A stretch of 63,791 nt of DNA, filler included. It is 4 parts of 4 records of this genome, joined end to end, with 100 filler letters (N's around TTAATTAATTAA, not from the genome) between each part and the next. Parts side by side here need not be neighbours in the genome. Positions count along the whole stretch, not along the records: positions 36,632 to 58,113 come from SRR31147125_12205; positions 58,214 to 63,791 come from SRR31147125_12262; 2 more parts are not named here. One strand, 5' to 3'. The notes beneath the pieces were generated by a model. That model was not told the DNA's origin and did no database searches. It was given only the letters and a program-made list of their open reading frames with translations. Below are positions 51,635 through 62,630 of this stretch, piece after piece (within the stretch, counting starts at the first letter, position 1; each line of letters opens with the position of its first letter). A program made the translations under genes and the position numbers.

Positions 51635-53325
51635 TTAATTTAAAGAATAAAGGGAATATCCATTTATTGATTTCAACATTATTGTTTTCTCATGCAGAAA
51701 CGATATAATTTTTTTTTTGAGAGCAGGCTCGACATTTGACAGCCTCTTATCAACAATGGCATGTTTCATAAGTAAATGTGTAATTCCCTTTTCCCTCAGC
51801 TTTTCACTAAATTCTTCAATTCCATTTTTGTGACGCAAATCAGTGATCATCCATTGCAGGTTATTCCCCAGGTCAGGTATATATCTTCGATCACAATAAT
51901 AACCTCTTTTTCCTAAATAGAAAAAATAATTTTAGCTGATTTGGGTAGCTCCTCATTAATCAATTTAAACAAAGGATACTCAGGACGAAAAGTTGAAATA
52001 TAATCGTCCCGGCTAATTTGCCCGCAAATATACTTGACTGGCTTGATGTATAAAAATTGCTTTGCCAGATACTGGCCCGCGTTTAATATGGTATACCCTG
52101 CACACAAAAACAAAAAGAGAAATAAAAATGCTTTTTCAACCAGATTATCCGATCGTGCAAAATGATCTAACAACTGCTTTATTCCGTACACTGACAATAT
52201 AACAAGGCATGGAAAAGCAGGGGCAAAGTACCTGATCCTTACCGGACGAATCAATAATGAAAACAGGATGAAAAGAATAGAAAACCATAAAAAAAAACGT
52301 TTATCATAGCTATTTCCAATGAAAGATGCGCCTATTTGCCCATGCCTGTTGAGAAAAAAGCAAAAAAGGGCATTATAAAAAGCAGGCCTGATAATTTCCC
52401 ATCAAAATATTGTTGAGAATCGTCTTTTCCCTGAAAAAAAATCCGGACCGGCAAAAAAAGAATATCCATCCAGGTTTCACCAAAATATATAATCCGGTAC
52501 TGAAAATGATTGTAGGAACTTAGGTCATTCATGCCGGCCCCGGCATCTATTTCACAGGAAGGCATGGTTTTTTCTGAAAAAACCTTACCCAACAGCGGGT
52601 AGACCGGATTTCCGGTCCAAAAAATATTGCGGGCCATCCATGGTGAATAAATGGCAAAGGCAAAAATGATGAACACAAATGTATATGCAACCAATTTTCT
52701 ATATCTATACTCATCAGAAATTAATTGCCTGGCGCAAGTGAAAACAATAAATATAGCCAATAAAAAAAAGATTAAAAGACCGTTATACTTCGTACCTAAA
52801 GCCAATCCACACCAAAAACCTGCCCAAGCAAGATACTTCCACTGGAAACTACTATTCTGCCATTTAAGAATAGAAAAGATGCTGGCGGTAGAAAAAAACC
52901 AGCCCCAAATCCACATAGGCTGTGGTGCAAAGTTTTATCACCATGGGCAAAGACAGGAAAAGCAAAGCTCCGATGACTCCGTATACAGGAGTTATCTTTT
53001 TTGAGAGATACCGATAAATCAATCCTGAGGTCAGCAGACCAAAGATGCAGTGAATAAATTTGGGGATGATGTCAGAACCGGCCTTTAAACCGATCATATA
53101 TAAAAGGTCCAGATTCATGGGGTAATATGAATAGGGCATGCATGGCAGTTCAATCATTTTACCATATTCAATATAGAGCTTGGGTACAGCAAGATGATGG
53201 ACGAGTGCGTCCCGGCTCACCGGGGGAACCGATGCCAAAATAAATAAAGAAGCCGCCCAGGATACCAGGAGAATAAAAAATCCTAAAAACAAAGCTCCAG
53301 AGGACTTATCCTTTCTGCAAACCAT
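51635..53325 (-). CDS. GT-C (ArnT/PMT-like) integral membrane glycosyltransferase, broken by about three indels
   Basis: DALVHHL, AYVDLG, GTKYNG, GNPVYP and RYFAP motifs across ORFs 52864..53325, 52332..52916, 51913..52254 and 51635..51850. Confidence 0.75.
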
Positions 53326-55386
53326 CTTTAAATTCAGCGTAGTATTCTAAAATTAATTCCTCAAGAAAGCTTATTAATTTTTCAAAGGGAATGTCTGGCT
53401 GAAGATTTTCTTTTTTCATTGTTTCTATGGTTTTAAAAATTTTACCCATCGGCCACTTTTCAAATAATTCTTTACCTGTTTGTTTTTGGCTCTCAGTATC
53501 ACCCATCTGGCCGCTGAGATCAATCATAAAGAGATAGCACACCATCTGGTTTGGATATTTCCTTATGGCGGCATCAAGATAGTGACGAGCCTTTTTAAAC
53601 TCTTTTTTCTGCTTATAAGCCGCTGCAAGGTGGATTAAGGTCAGCATGCGGTCTTGATTACTATTTTTACGGATTCTGCTAAGAATCTCTAATGCCTGAT
53701 CGGGCTTCTGGTTTTTAAGCAAGGCTAAAGCATGCATGTTTTGGTAATCTTCTTTATTCGAAGTTATCGTAGATACCATATCCAATGCTTTTTTGTTTTG
53801 CCTGAGGACTATATGCAACTTTGCGACATGAAATTTGATCTCATCAAAATCAGGGTAAAGCTCCAGAAGACTATCATAATAAACTAACGCCTCTGAAAAT
53901 TTTTCCTGCATGGCCAAACTTGACGCCATATTCGTAAAAGAAATTCTTTTCATTCGGGATGGTGTGCCGCTGGGTGTCTTCTCCAGTGCTTTTTTATTGA
54001 ATTCAAATAATTGTTCTATGGATTCTTTTGAGTTTTTCCCAATGTTTCTTATCAGACTCGCGGAATAATTCTGCAATGGTCGTGAATTATCTGGCGCCTT
54101 AGCCATGGCATCCTTCCACAGCGTCTCATCTGTCTGCCATGTAATATTCCTGGCATAGGTTGCCAATCCAGTAGCGATAAGAAAAGTAGTGATAAACAAA
54201 TAAAGCAAAGTCCAGATGAACTTGTTTTTTTCTTTGAATGTGGAAATAAGGAGGTAAAGCCCCATTACAACAGGAAAAAAAACGAACATGGAAGGAATAT
54301 AATTTCTATGTTCAAATAGAATTTCCAATGGAAGAATTGTAGATTCCACTATATGATTTAAAAAGAAAAATAATATCGCAAAAGAAAGGATTGGAAACCT
54401 TTTCGCATTAATTAATGCCCCACCAAAAAGAATAAAAATACATAAAACAGACAAAAGTGTTGTCCAAGGATCAATCAGAGAATTTGAAAGGGTAAAACTA
54501 TGCTCGATTGAGAATCTGGATTCAACGGGAAAGAACAATTGGCTAATATAGAAAAAAAGCACACGGGATTCTGTCAACAGGCGTTGGGTCATCGTAAACG
54601 CCCTTTGGTCATAAAGGGATTCTAAAATTGAGATTTGATTCCCAGAAAGCAAAAGAATTAAAAGCAGGCTAAAGAGGCAACCTCCAAGGTAAAAAAGACG
54701 CTTTTTTAACATAGTGATCTGGCGTTGAAAAAAATTAGTTCAATTAGAAGGACACTGCCTGGCAGCATAACGGCATTCTGCTTTGAACCGACTGCGAATA
54801 GATAGGCAAGGCATGAAAGGCAGACATATAGAACCCTGACCTTTTTTTCAGAAAGCCTGGCTTTTAAATAAAAAAAGAGACTGACAATGTAAAACAACCC
54901 GGCAAGTGACGCCATTCGCTGGACAATATAAGTTACTGCCGGAACCTGGATCGGATGAATCGCCCATAAAGACGCTGTCAGTGCTGCCACAAAATAGGCC
55001 GTCTTTCTATCATATTTGATTAATACTGGAGATTGAAAAAGTAGTAAAATGACTGAATAAAGAGTCAAACCCGCAATTACATGAATGAAAAAATTAACCA
55101 GATGGTATCCGAACACTTTATCTTGGCCGAAATACCAGTTAATGCCAAAACTCAACCTGGCCACAGGACGATGGACTCTTTGAATCTTTCCATTCGGGTT
55201 GTACATCGCAGTTGTTAGTGTATCCCAACTCAGGGATGTAATATGGATATTTTTATTGTCGCGTATGTTGGGATCATCATCTAAATGCCATGAAGAGTGA
55301 AAACTATTACTGTATATGATAAAAACCAGAATCAGATACAGAAATCCGAAAATTGAAAGCTTGGGGAAAAATTTAGATAGATACAT
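53306..55386 (-). CDS. TMTC-like GT-C protein with C-terminal TPR repeats (indel near 54720)
   Basis: HLDD acidic motif, HRPV, HPIQVPAVTYIVQR, EHRNYIPS, RNITW; TPR-like tail. Confidence 0.8.
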
Positions 55387-55393
55387 AGGTCTA

Positions 55394-56176
55394 TTATGAC
55401 AGTCTCTTGTTTGAAAAAATGATACCTGCTCCAGTAAATAGAATTCCAGTCCAACAAATTATTAAGCAAATTCCGATTGCTATTTCATTAGCATGAACAG
55501 CCCTGCCGTATAAAGCTAAAGATCGAAAGTTAATTAACTCTAGGTTTGGCAGAATATAATAAATATAAATCGCCACTTTTTTTAAAATAAAATTGGTGCT
55601 TGTTGTTGCATAGACCACAAGATCCTTGGAAAAATGCCCGGCAAAGGCCACTGCAAACAAAAAGAGCCCGTGTAACAGGGGCGTCGTAAAACTTGCAAAA
55701 AAAAGGGAAGCCCCTGCAATAATAATCCATTCCCCCAGAAGAAAAGCCAATGTTAAGCAATGTATCCAAGAAATGCTGACATGGTTAAAAATAAGAATTA
55801 ATACCCACCCCAGAGAGACAATGATAAAAATAGACACCAGCACGGAGATGTTTCCCAGGAATTTCCCTGCAAGGAATGTTGCACGGCCAATGGGTCTGAC
55901 CAAGATCATATAAATCCGTTTCTCGTTAATTTCCTTGATCAAGGAGGTGCCAATAAAAATATTGGTTAAGACGCCAAAAATGCCTAAAAAGAAAAATCCT
56001 GAACTCTGTAGAATTCTGTGGGAATTTGCCAAAGCTGCTGCACTAACAACATGGGAAAGGAACAAAAAGAAAAAAAAGGTGCAGATCAGAGTGAAGAATC
56101 CTTTATTCCTAAGAGATTCTTTCCAAACACCTATGGCAATGACTTTCATTTGTACAAGGGTGTTTTTCATGGACAT
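55394..56176 (-). CDS. ABC transporter permease (Myxococcus PilI-like)
   Basis: KEINEKRIYMILVRPIGR...GKFLG; YILPNL. Confidence 0.85.
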   Translation of the reverse strand: MSMKNTLVQMKVIAIGVWKESLRNKGFFTLICTFFFFLFLSHVVSAAALANSHRILQSSGFFFLGIFGVLTNIFIGTSLIKEINEKRIYMILVRPIGRATFLAGKFLGNISVLVSIFIIVSLGWVLILIFNHVSISWIHCLTLAFLLGEWIIIAGASLFFASFTTPLLHGLFLFAVAFAGHFSKDLVVYATTSTNFILKKVAIYIYYILPNLELINFRSLALYGRAVHANEIAIGICLIICWTGILFTGAGIIFSNKRLS

Positions 56177-56178
56177 AT

Positions 56179-56925
56179 TTAAAATAATACTCTATTAAAA
56201 TTCTTATTTTTAGGTTTATTCCCGAGATAGTCTTCAATCTGGTCTGCCCTATAGCACCATTGAATCCGTCCTTTATCAATGCAGGCAATATCATCTGCAA
56301 TATCCTTAACATCCGTCAATACATGAGAACTGAAAATGATAGAGCCTCCATTTTCCTTATATAATTTGAGGAAGGATAAAGCCTGATATCTCCAATAGGC
56401 ATCAAGGCCACTCATGGGCTCATCAAGAATTAAGATTTCTGGCCCGTGAATCAATGCCTGGGCGAAATTAACCCGTTGGAGTTGCCCCTTTGAGAGTTGA
56501 TTTAAAAATTTATTTTTCAAGTTCTCTAATTCAAAAACGGCCATAATTAATTTTATCCGTCTTTTGAGCTCGCCTTTTTGAATCCCGGATAGACTGCCAA
56601 GCATCCTGAACCATTCATCTATCTTAAGATGCTTAAAAGGATACTGAATCTCTCCTAAATATCCTATTTTTCTTCTCACATTGACCTGAAGAACCGAAGA
56701 TCCATTAAACGTGGCGCATCCCTTATTCGGCAGGACCAGTCCGGCAGCGATGTTCAATGTTGTAGTCTTTCCGGCCCCATTGTGGCCAATCAACCCTAAT
56801 ACCTTACCTTGTTTCAATTCTATACAGATGTCATGGAGAATCGGTTGGGACTTCATCCAAAACCCACTTTTTATTGAAAAACAGATATGATCCAACTTCA
56901 ATATGGGATGATTTTGGCTATTCAT
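56179..56925 (-). CDS. ABC transporter ATPase (Myxococcus PilH-like)
   Basis: GHNGAGKTT, LSKGQ, LDEPMSGLD, SSH. Confidence 0.92.
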   Translation of the reverse strand: MNSQNHPILKLDHICFSIKSGFWMKSQPILHDICIELKQGKVLGLIGHNGAGKTTTLNIAAGLVLPNKGCATFNGSSVLQVNVRRKIGYLGEIQYPFKHLKIDEWFRMLGSLSGIQKGELKRRIKLIMAVFELENLKNKFLNQLSKGQLQRVNFAQALIHGPEILILDEPMSGLDAYWRYQALSFLKLYKENGGSIIFSSHVLTDVKDIADDIACIDKGRIQWCYRADQIEDYLGNKPKNKNFNRVLF

Positions 56926-57585
56926 GCAATTTATCTATAATTCTTTTTAATAATCTTTCATCTTCAATAGATCGTTTAAAAATATCTACCAATCCCCGAA
57001 CCAGATCCTCTTCTCCCGATTTCAGAGCCAGGGTAACCGACAGGGGGGCCAGATATTTCGGCGCCCCCTTTTTAAAGAGGCTTGGGCGATCACCTCAGCT
57101 GCACCCTGGTAATTCTTTTCTTGCTTATAAAGATACATTCCCTTTATCAGCCATAATTCCCACATTTCAGGAACATTCTTCATCCCTTTTTCTATAAACT
57201 GAAAACCTTTATTTATAAACCCGGATTCGAATAATATAGAAAATCCTCCGAAAAAATAAGGGAACTCCCATTGGGGAGCCAAATCTGTAATGGCATCAAG
57301 CATCATTGGCAGGAAAAAATCTCCCGTATTGGAAGAACTAACCAGACCATAATAATATGCTGTTTTAAGCCAAATTAAATCCGCGATAAAGTCCGGATCG
57401 GCCGGAAATAAACTTGAATAAAGCCTGTTTTCCTGTGGAATAAACACAAAAACTTCGTCGATTTTAGCTGTATTACAGACTGAACATTCCGTGTTGATTA
57501 TAGAATTCACCTTTTCAAAGGTACATGAATACTGAATAAAACAGACTGTGACAAATAAACATATTAGAAAAACAAATTGTTTCAT
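56918..57585 (-). CDS. Pilin-associated protein (Myxococcus PilG-like; indel near 57065)
   Basis: ADLIWLK, TDLAPQW and TPR-like helices; lies between pilA and the ABC ATPase. Confidence 0.65.
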
Positions 57586-57657
57586 AATAAAAAAGGTTCT
57601 TTTCCAATTATAACTCTTTGAAAAAGAACCCTGATTAATCATTTGTTGGCGACCAGG

Positions 57658-58053
57658 TTAATCGTTACAATCGTTCTGGGTGTTGGTGAGTGTACTACCG
57701 CTGGTCATCGTCCAAATATCATTGGTGCCGTCATCATCAACGTTACCGGTTGCCGTTGCTGTAAATGTAGTGCCAGTGTTGGCTGTCGCTACAGTATATG
57801 CATATCTTGTTGCTCCTTTTGTTGAAAATCCGATACTCCCCAGGGCGCCGTAGACGTCTCGCTCTGCAAAGTAGGCTTCCTGCATACTCCGGATATTACC
57901 CAGATTTGATTTGGCTTCAGACTGTTTAGCCTTGCACTGATAGGACATAAAATTGGGGATGGCAATGGCGGCCAGAATACCAATGATTGCCACAACGATC
58001 ATCAATTCAATCAGGGTGAAGCCTTTTTGAGCGTTTTTTAAAAGTTTAGTCAT
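57658..58053 (-). CDS. pilA: Type IVa major pilin
   Basis: [33 protein letters not shown]. Confidence 0.96.
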   Translation of the reverse strand: MTKLLKNAQKGFTLIELMIVVAIIGILAAIAIPNFMSYQCKAKQSEAKSNLGNIRSMQEAYFAERDVYGALGSIGFSTKGATRYAYTVATANTGTTFTATATGNVDDDGTNDIWTMTSGSTLTNTQNDCND

Positions 58054-58113
58054 TTTAATTCTCCTTTTTGTTTAGTCCTAAGTTGGCTTGTTTGACCTCT
58101 TAGCAATTTTTTT

Positions 58114-58213
58114 NNNNNNNNNNNNNNNNNNNNNNNNNNNNNNNNNNNNNNNNNNNNTTAATTAATTAANNNNNNNNNNNNNNNNNNNNNNNNNNNNNNN
58201 NNNNNNNNNNNNN
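58114..58213. other. Artificial contig spacer
   Basis: N-run with TTAATTAATTAA. Confidence 0.98.
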
Positions 58214-59030
58214 CTTTTTCATGGCCGAACAGCTCGCTGTCGATGAGATTTTCAGGGATGGCCCCGCAATTCACCTTGATAAACGGGTGATGGCGACGGG
58301 GGGAGAGACGATGGATGGCATTGGCGATCACCTCTTTTCCCACACCGGTTTCGCCAAGAATCATTACCGTATTTTTTAGATGGGCCACCTGCCGCACCTT
58401 TTCAAGTACGCCGCTCAATCCCTGATCTGCGCCGATCACCTCATCTCCGGATTTGGAAAAAAGTTCACTGCTGAGATAGCGATTGTCGGAAATGAGTTGC
58501 TCTTTCAATGCCAGCAGTTCCTGATGTTTCAGTGCATTGGCCATGGCAATGGCAATGGGCTCACGAAGCAGTGAGAAAAGCGACACATGCGCTTCGGTAA
58601 ACCGATCGAGCCCTTTTGCAAATAGATCGATGACCCCCAGGCGTTGCCCTTCGATTCTAAGGCGCAGGGCAATGAATGAATGGTCCTCGAGGGCCAATTC
58701 GCTTTCAATGATTTCACCCATGGGGTCCTGTTTGGGCCGGTTGATGATCAGGTGATCCTGGAGGCGTCTGCCGCTTTCAATGGCATCGATAAGGGATTGA
58801 GGCAGATAGATCACCTTGTCCATTTTTTCTCCGCCGTTTTCATCGGCTTTAGCCACGTACCGCAAGCCTCCCAGAGTCGGTTCGTAAATATTGAGATAAG
58901 CCACATCGGCAGGCAGATAGGTGGCGATGTATTCCCGGCATCGGGCCAGGGCCACTTCGATGTCCAGACTGCCGCAGATGAGGAGGGTCGCCCGTCTGAA
59001 AAACTGGTCTTTTTTCACTGTTACGTCCAT
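58214..59030 (-). CDS. GAF-domain sigma54-dependent transcriptional activator (3'-truncated)
   Basis: GETGVGKE, VNCGAIP, SELFGHEK; N-terminal GAF-like domain. Confidence 0.93.
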
Positions 59031-59363
59031 GATCGATGCTCCTTATTGTGGGCTCTCTTTTTAGCTTTTGAAATTATCAAATATGGAGATTTTAGAGAAA
59101 AATTATCATATTTCGAGAGAAATAATTACCATATAAGGTAATTGCTAGCAAGTGAAAAGCGCTGAGAATGAAGAGTGAATGGCTTGCTTACCCTGATGCT
59201 TTATTTATTTGGCGGATGTTCTTGATAATTTATATTAAAGGCAGTTGCCATATAATATATTGATATTAAATCAAAATTGGAAAGAAGTTAAATGTGTGAT
59301 TACATGTAATTTTATATACAAAAAATATGTCTGATGAGTTTCAGCTGCTTCAGCTTCAACAGA

Positions 59364-59379
59364 TGGAATACAAATTGCT
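59364..59379 (+). promoter_or_regulatory. sigma54 (-24/-12) promoter
   Basis: TGGAATACAAATTGCT, GG-N10-GC spacing, upstream of the Mo-enzyme operon. Confidence 0.7.
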
Positions 59380-59476
59380 GTTTGCTAAATTTCAACAGAA
59401 TTTCAAAATGACAAACCTGTTTTTATAAACCTGTTTTCGGAAATTCCTAAGCTGGTAACATTTAAGGAGTTGCTTC

Positions 59477-62400
59477 ATGCCATTCTTCAAAAAAAGTGCT
59501 TATTCCCTGCTGCGATCCATCAGTCCTCCGCTGTTTATTTTTATGTTGTTTTGCCTGAAATATATGCTTTCTCTTCGTGGCCGTTTCGATCATCAATTTC
59601 AAGATGAAATCAATGAGATGAACTTCACCGCTCTGATCAAAACCAAGCATGAAGGAAGCGGGCGGATATTTGAGTTCGAAAACGGCAAAATCCGATCCCG
59701 ACGTTTTCGAAGCGATTTGATCGATAGCACCGATATCGATGTGACCATCAGCTTTAACGATAGCGCCACTGCCGTTGAGCTGATGCTCCGAAACAACAAT
59801 CACCTGGTGCAGATCCATGCCATGAAGAACTTTCTGGTGGAGGTTCAGGGGCCGGACAAATCGGTCATTCAATTCATGCAGATGTTGAATCGCATGAAAT
59901 CGTTTATCCGGGCGCGGGATTACGGAATCGAGCTGAAAGACGGCGTGGTCCGATATGTCAACAACACCAATGGCGGCCCGGTTTTCGTTTATGTCAAAGC
60001 GGGCAAAATCATCCGGATCACCCCCATCGAGTTTGACGATACCGATGCTCCGTCCTGGCAGATCCAGGCACGGGGAAAGACCTTTACCCCCCGTAAAGGC
60101 ACGGTGAACCCCTATACCATGGCGCTAAGATCTTTGATCTACTCTCCGGACAGACTGCTCTACCCCATGAAACGGGTGGATTTCGATCCCAATGGAGAAC
60201 GCAATCCTCAAAACAGAGGGATCTCCGGATATGAACGCATCAGCTGGGATGAAGCCCTGGATATCGTGGCAAGCGAAATTCAGCGAATGAAGCGGGAATA
60301 CGGGCCGGGCGCCATCATGAACGGCAGCGGCTCCCATCACACCTGGGGGAATCTGGGGTATTGGCTCAGCGCCAGAAACCGGTTCATGAACTCCATCGGA
60401 TACAGCCCGGTGGTTCACAACCCGGACAGCTGGGAAGGATGGTACTGGGGGGCCATGCACCATTGGGGAAACAGCGTCAGAAACGGCGGGTCCGATACCT
60501 ACGGCACCATTGAAGATTGCCTGAAGGAGTCCGAAATGATCGTCTTCTGGTCCAGCGATCCCGAATCCACCAGCGGCGTTTACGGCGCTTTCGAGGGAAC
60601 CATCCGGAGACAGTGGGCCAAGGAACTCGGCATCAAGATGGTGCACATCGATCCCTACTACAACCATACGGCAGCGCTTCTCGGCGGCAAATGGATCGCC
60701 CCCAGGCCGGACACCGGAAATGCCATGAGTCTGGCCATCGCCCACGTCTGGATCACGGAAAATCTGTATGACAAGGAGTATGTGGCCACCCGAACGGTGG
60801 GGTTTGAAAAATGGAGAGACTACATCCTGGGACAAGAGGATGACATCCCCAAAACTCCGGAGTGGCAGGAAAATGAGACCGGTGTTCCGGCCAAAGATGT
60901 CCGTGCTCTTGCCCGCGAATGGGGAAAGAAGAAAACCTATCTGGCACCGGGCGGCCTTGTTGGATTCGGCGGGGCATGTCGAAGCGCCACCGGCATCGAA
61001 TGGGCCAGATCCATGGTGTGTCTCATTGCCATGCAGGGATTGGGAAAACCCGGTATCAATCTCGGATGTCTTCAGCAAGGCACTCCTGTGAATGTCCATT
61101 TTTTCTTTCCGGGATATGCAGAAGGCGGGTTTTCAGGCGATCTCGATTCAACCGGCCTTCGCATCAACATGTACCAGAAGATGCCCCAACTTCCCACCAT
61201 GAACACCGTCGGACAGCTCATTCCCCGGCTGCGCATCCCGGAAGTCTTTCTCAACGGCACCTGTGAAGGATATGCCTCGGATCCCAAAAGCATTGAGGGG
61301 CAATTCAAAAAAATCAAATATCCGGCCCCGGGCCACGCTCCGGTAAAGATGTACTACAAATACGGCGGGTCGCATTTCGGAACCATGCCCGAATCCAATC
61401 GGTACGTGAAGGCGTATCGAAGTGAGAATCTGGAGTTTGCCGTCAATCAGTCCATCTGGTTCGAAGGGGAAGCCAAGTTTGCAGATATCATCCTGCCGGC
61501 CTGTACCAACTTTGAACGATGGGATATCGGCGAAACCGCCAACTCCGGCGGATACAGCCACCATCAGTTTACTCAATGGAACCACCGTGTCATCACGTTT
61601 CAGCATAGGTGCATCGAACCTTTGGGGGAGTCCAAGTCCGATTATCAGATCTTTCTCGAGCTTGCCCAGCGTCTGGATTTGGGTGCCCCGTTCTCCGAAG
61701 GGTGCACGGAGCTCGACTGGTGTCGAAGGCTTTTCGATGCCAGCGATCTCCCCAAAGTGATCACCTGGAAGGAATTTGTGAAAAAAGGCTATTATGTGGT
61801 CCCGCCGCCCACCGAGGAACTGAAAGCACCGGTTTCCTATCGATGGTTTGCCGAAGGCAGAAAAAAGGACGTTCCGGAACCCTCCCCGCTTCCGGCGGAA
61901 TATACGGAAAAATGGCGTTCCGGCCTTCAGACCCAGTCGGGAAAGCTGGAGTTCGAATCCTCCAGTCTCAAGCGATTTGCCCCGGATGATCCGGAACGTC
62001 CCACCATTCCAAAATATATTCCGTCGTGGGAGGGGCATCGTTCCAATGAGCTCTTGGAAAACTATCCTTTACAGCTGATCTCTCCCCATCCAAGATACAG
62101 TTTTCATACCATGTTCGACGCCAAAGACGGCTTCATAAACGATGTAAAAGATCACCGGGTGCTGGTGGACGGGCATTACTACTGGATCGTCAGAATCAAC
62201 AGCAGCGATGCAAACGACCGTGGGATCGACAATCATGATCTGGTGGAACTGTTCAATGACCGGGGATCCGTCATCTGTGCGGCCCATTTGACTGAACGCA
62301 TCCCCCCCGGAGTGGTTCACTCCTGTGAAGGGGCGGCCCGGTACGAACCGGTAGGGGAACCGGGGTACTCATCCGACAGGGGCGGTTGCATCAACCTGCT

Positions 62401-62533
62401 GACCCCCGGTAAAAGCATCATCAAAAAGACCCACTCATCCGCTCCCAACTCATGTCTTGTGCAAATCAGAGGGTGGGAAAATGACACGGAAGGTAGTGAA
62501 AGGGCCATAGAAACAAAAGAGAGGGCCGCCTGA
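59477..62533 (+). CDS. Mo/W-bis-PGD oxidoreductase, pyrogallol-phloroglucinol transhydroxylase large-subunit family, with N-terminal extension
   Basis: GGPVFVYVK, SHHTWGN, HNPDSWEGW, GYAEGG and C-terminal molydop-binding domain, as recalled for the Pelobacter enzyme. Confidence 0.88.
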   Translation: MPFFKKSAYSLLRSISPPLFIFMLFCLKYMLSLRGRFDHQFQDEINEMNFTALIKTKHEGSGRIFEFENGKIRSRRFRSDLIDSTDIDVTISFNDSATAVELMLRNNNHLVQIHAMKNFLVEVQGPDKSVIQFMQMLNRMKSFIRARDYGIELKDGVVRYVNNTNGGPVFVYVKAGKIIRITPIEFDDTDAPSWQIQARGKTFTPRKGTVNPYTMALRSLIYSPDRLLYPMKRVDFDPNGERNPQNRGISGYERISWDEALDIVASEIQRMKREYGPGAIMNGSGSHHTWGNLGYWLSARNRFMNSIGYSPVVHNPDSWEGWYWGAMHHWGNSVRNGGSDTYGTIEDCLKESEMIVFWSSDPESTSGVYGAFEGTIRRQWAKELGIKMVHIDPYYNHTAALLGGKWIAPRPDTGNAMSLAIAHVWITENLYDKEYVATRTVGFEKWRDYILGQEDDIPKTPEWQENETGVPAKDVRALAREWGKKKTYLAPGGLVGFGGACRSATGIEWARSMVCLIAMQGLGKPGINLGCLQQGTPVNVHFFFPGYAEGGFSGDLDSTGLRINMYQKMPQLPTMNTVGQLIPRLRIPEVFLNGTCEGYASDPKSIEGQFKKIKYPAPGHAPVKMYYKYGGSHFGTMPESNRYVKAYRSENLEFAVNQSIWFEGEAKFADIILPACTNFERWDIGETANSGGYSHHQFTQWNHRVITFQHRCIEPLGESKSDYQIFLELAQRLDLGAPFSEGCTELDWCRRLFDASDLPKVITWKEFVKKGYYVVPPPTEELKAPVSYRWFAEGRKKDVPEPSPLPAEYTEKWRSGLQTQSGKLEFESSSLKRFAPDDPERPTIPKYIPSWEGHRSNELLENYPLQLISPHPRYSFHTMFDAKDGFINDVKDHRVLVDGHYYWIVRINSSDANDRGIDNHDLVELFNDRGSVICAAHLTERIPPGVVHSCEGAARYEPVGEPGYSSDRGGCINLLTPGKSIIKKTHSSAPNSCLVQIRGWENDTEGSERAIETKERAA

Positions 62534-62630
62534 AAAGGCTCTTTGTTAAAAGTTTCAAATTGAAATAAAATTGAAAAACGATTGCCTGAATACCATTCAA
62601 TGCTGAGAACGCTGAGAAAGAGAGAAAAAA

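Noticed and set aside
51635-55386. Pseudogenised glycosyltransferases
   Set aside because: Breaks fall at poly-A/T runs and the motifs are intact across frames; more likely sequencing errors, though phase variation cannot be excluded.
58102-58113. sigma54 promoter of pilA
   Set aside because: A TTGCT -12 element is visible, but the -24 GG would fall beyond the contig end, so it cannot be supported.
60125-62038. Long antisense ORFs (324 aa and 296 aa) opposite the molybdoenzyme
   Set aside because: Shadow ORFs of a GC-rich coding strand with no recognisable motifs; the same applies to short overlapping ORFs throughout.
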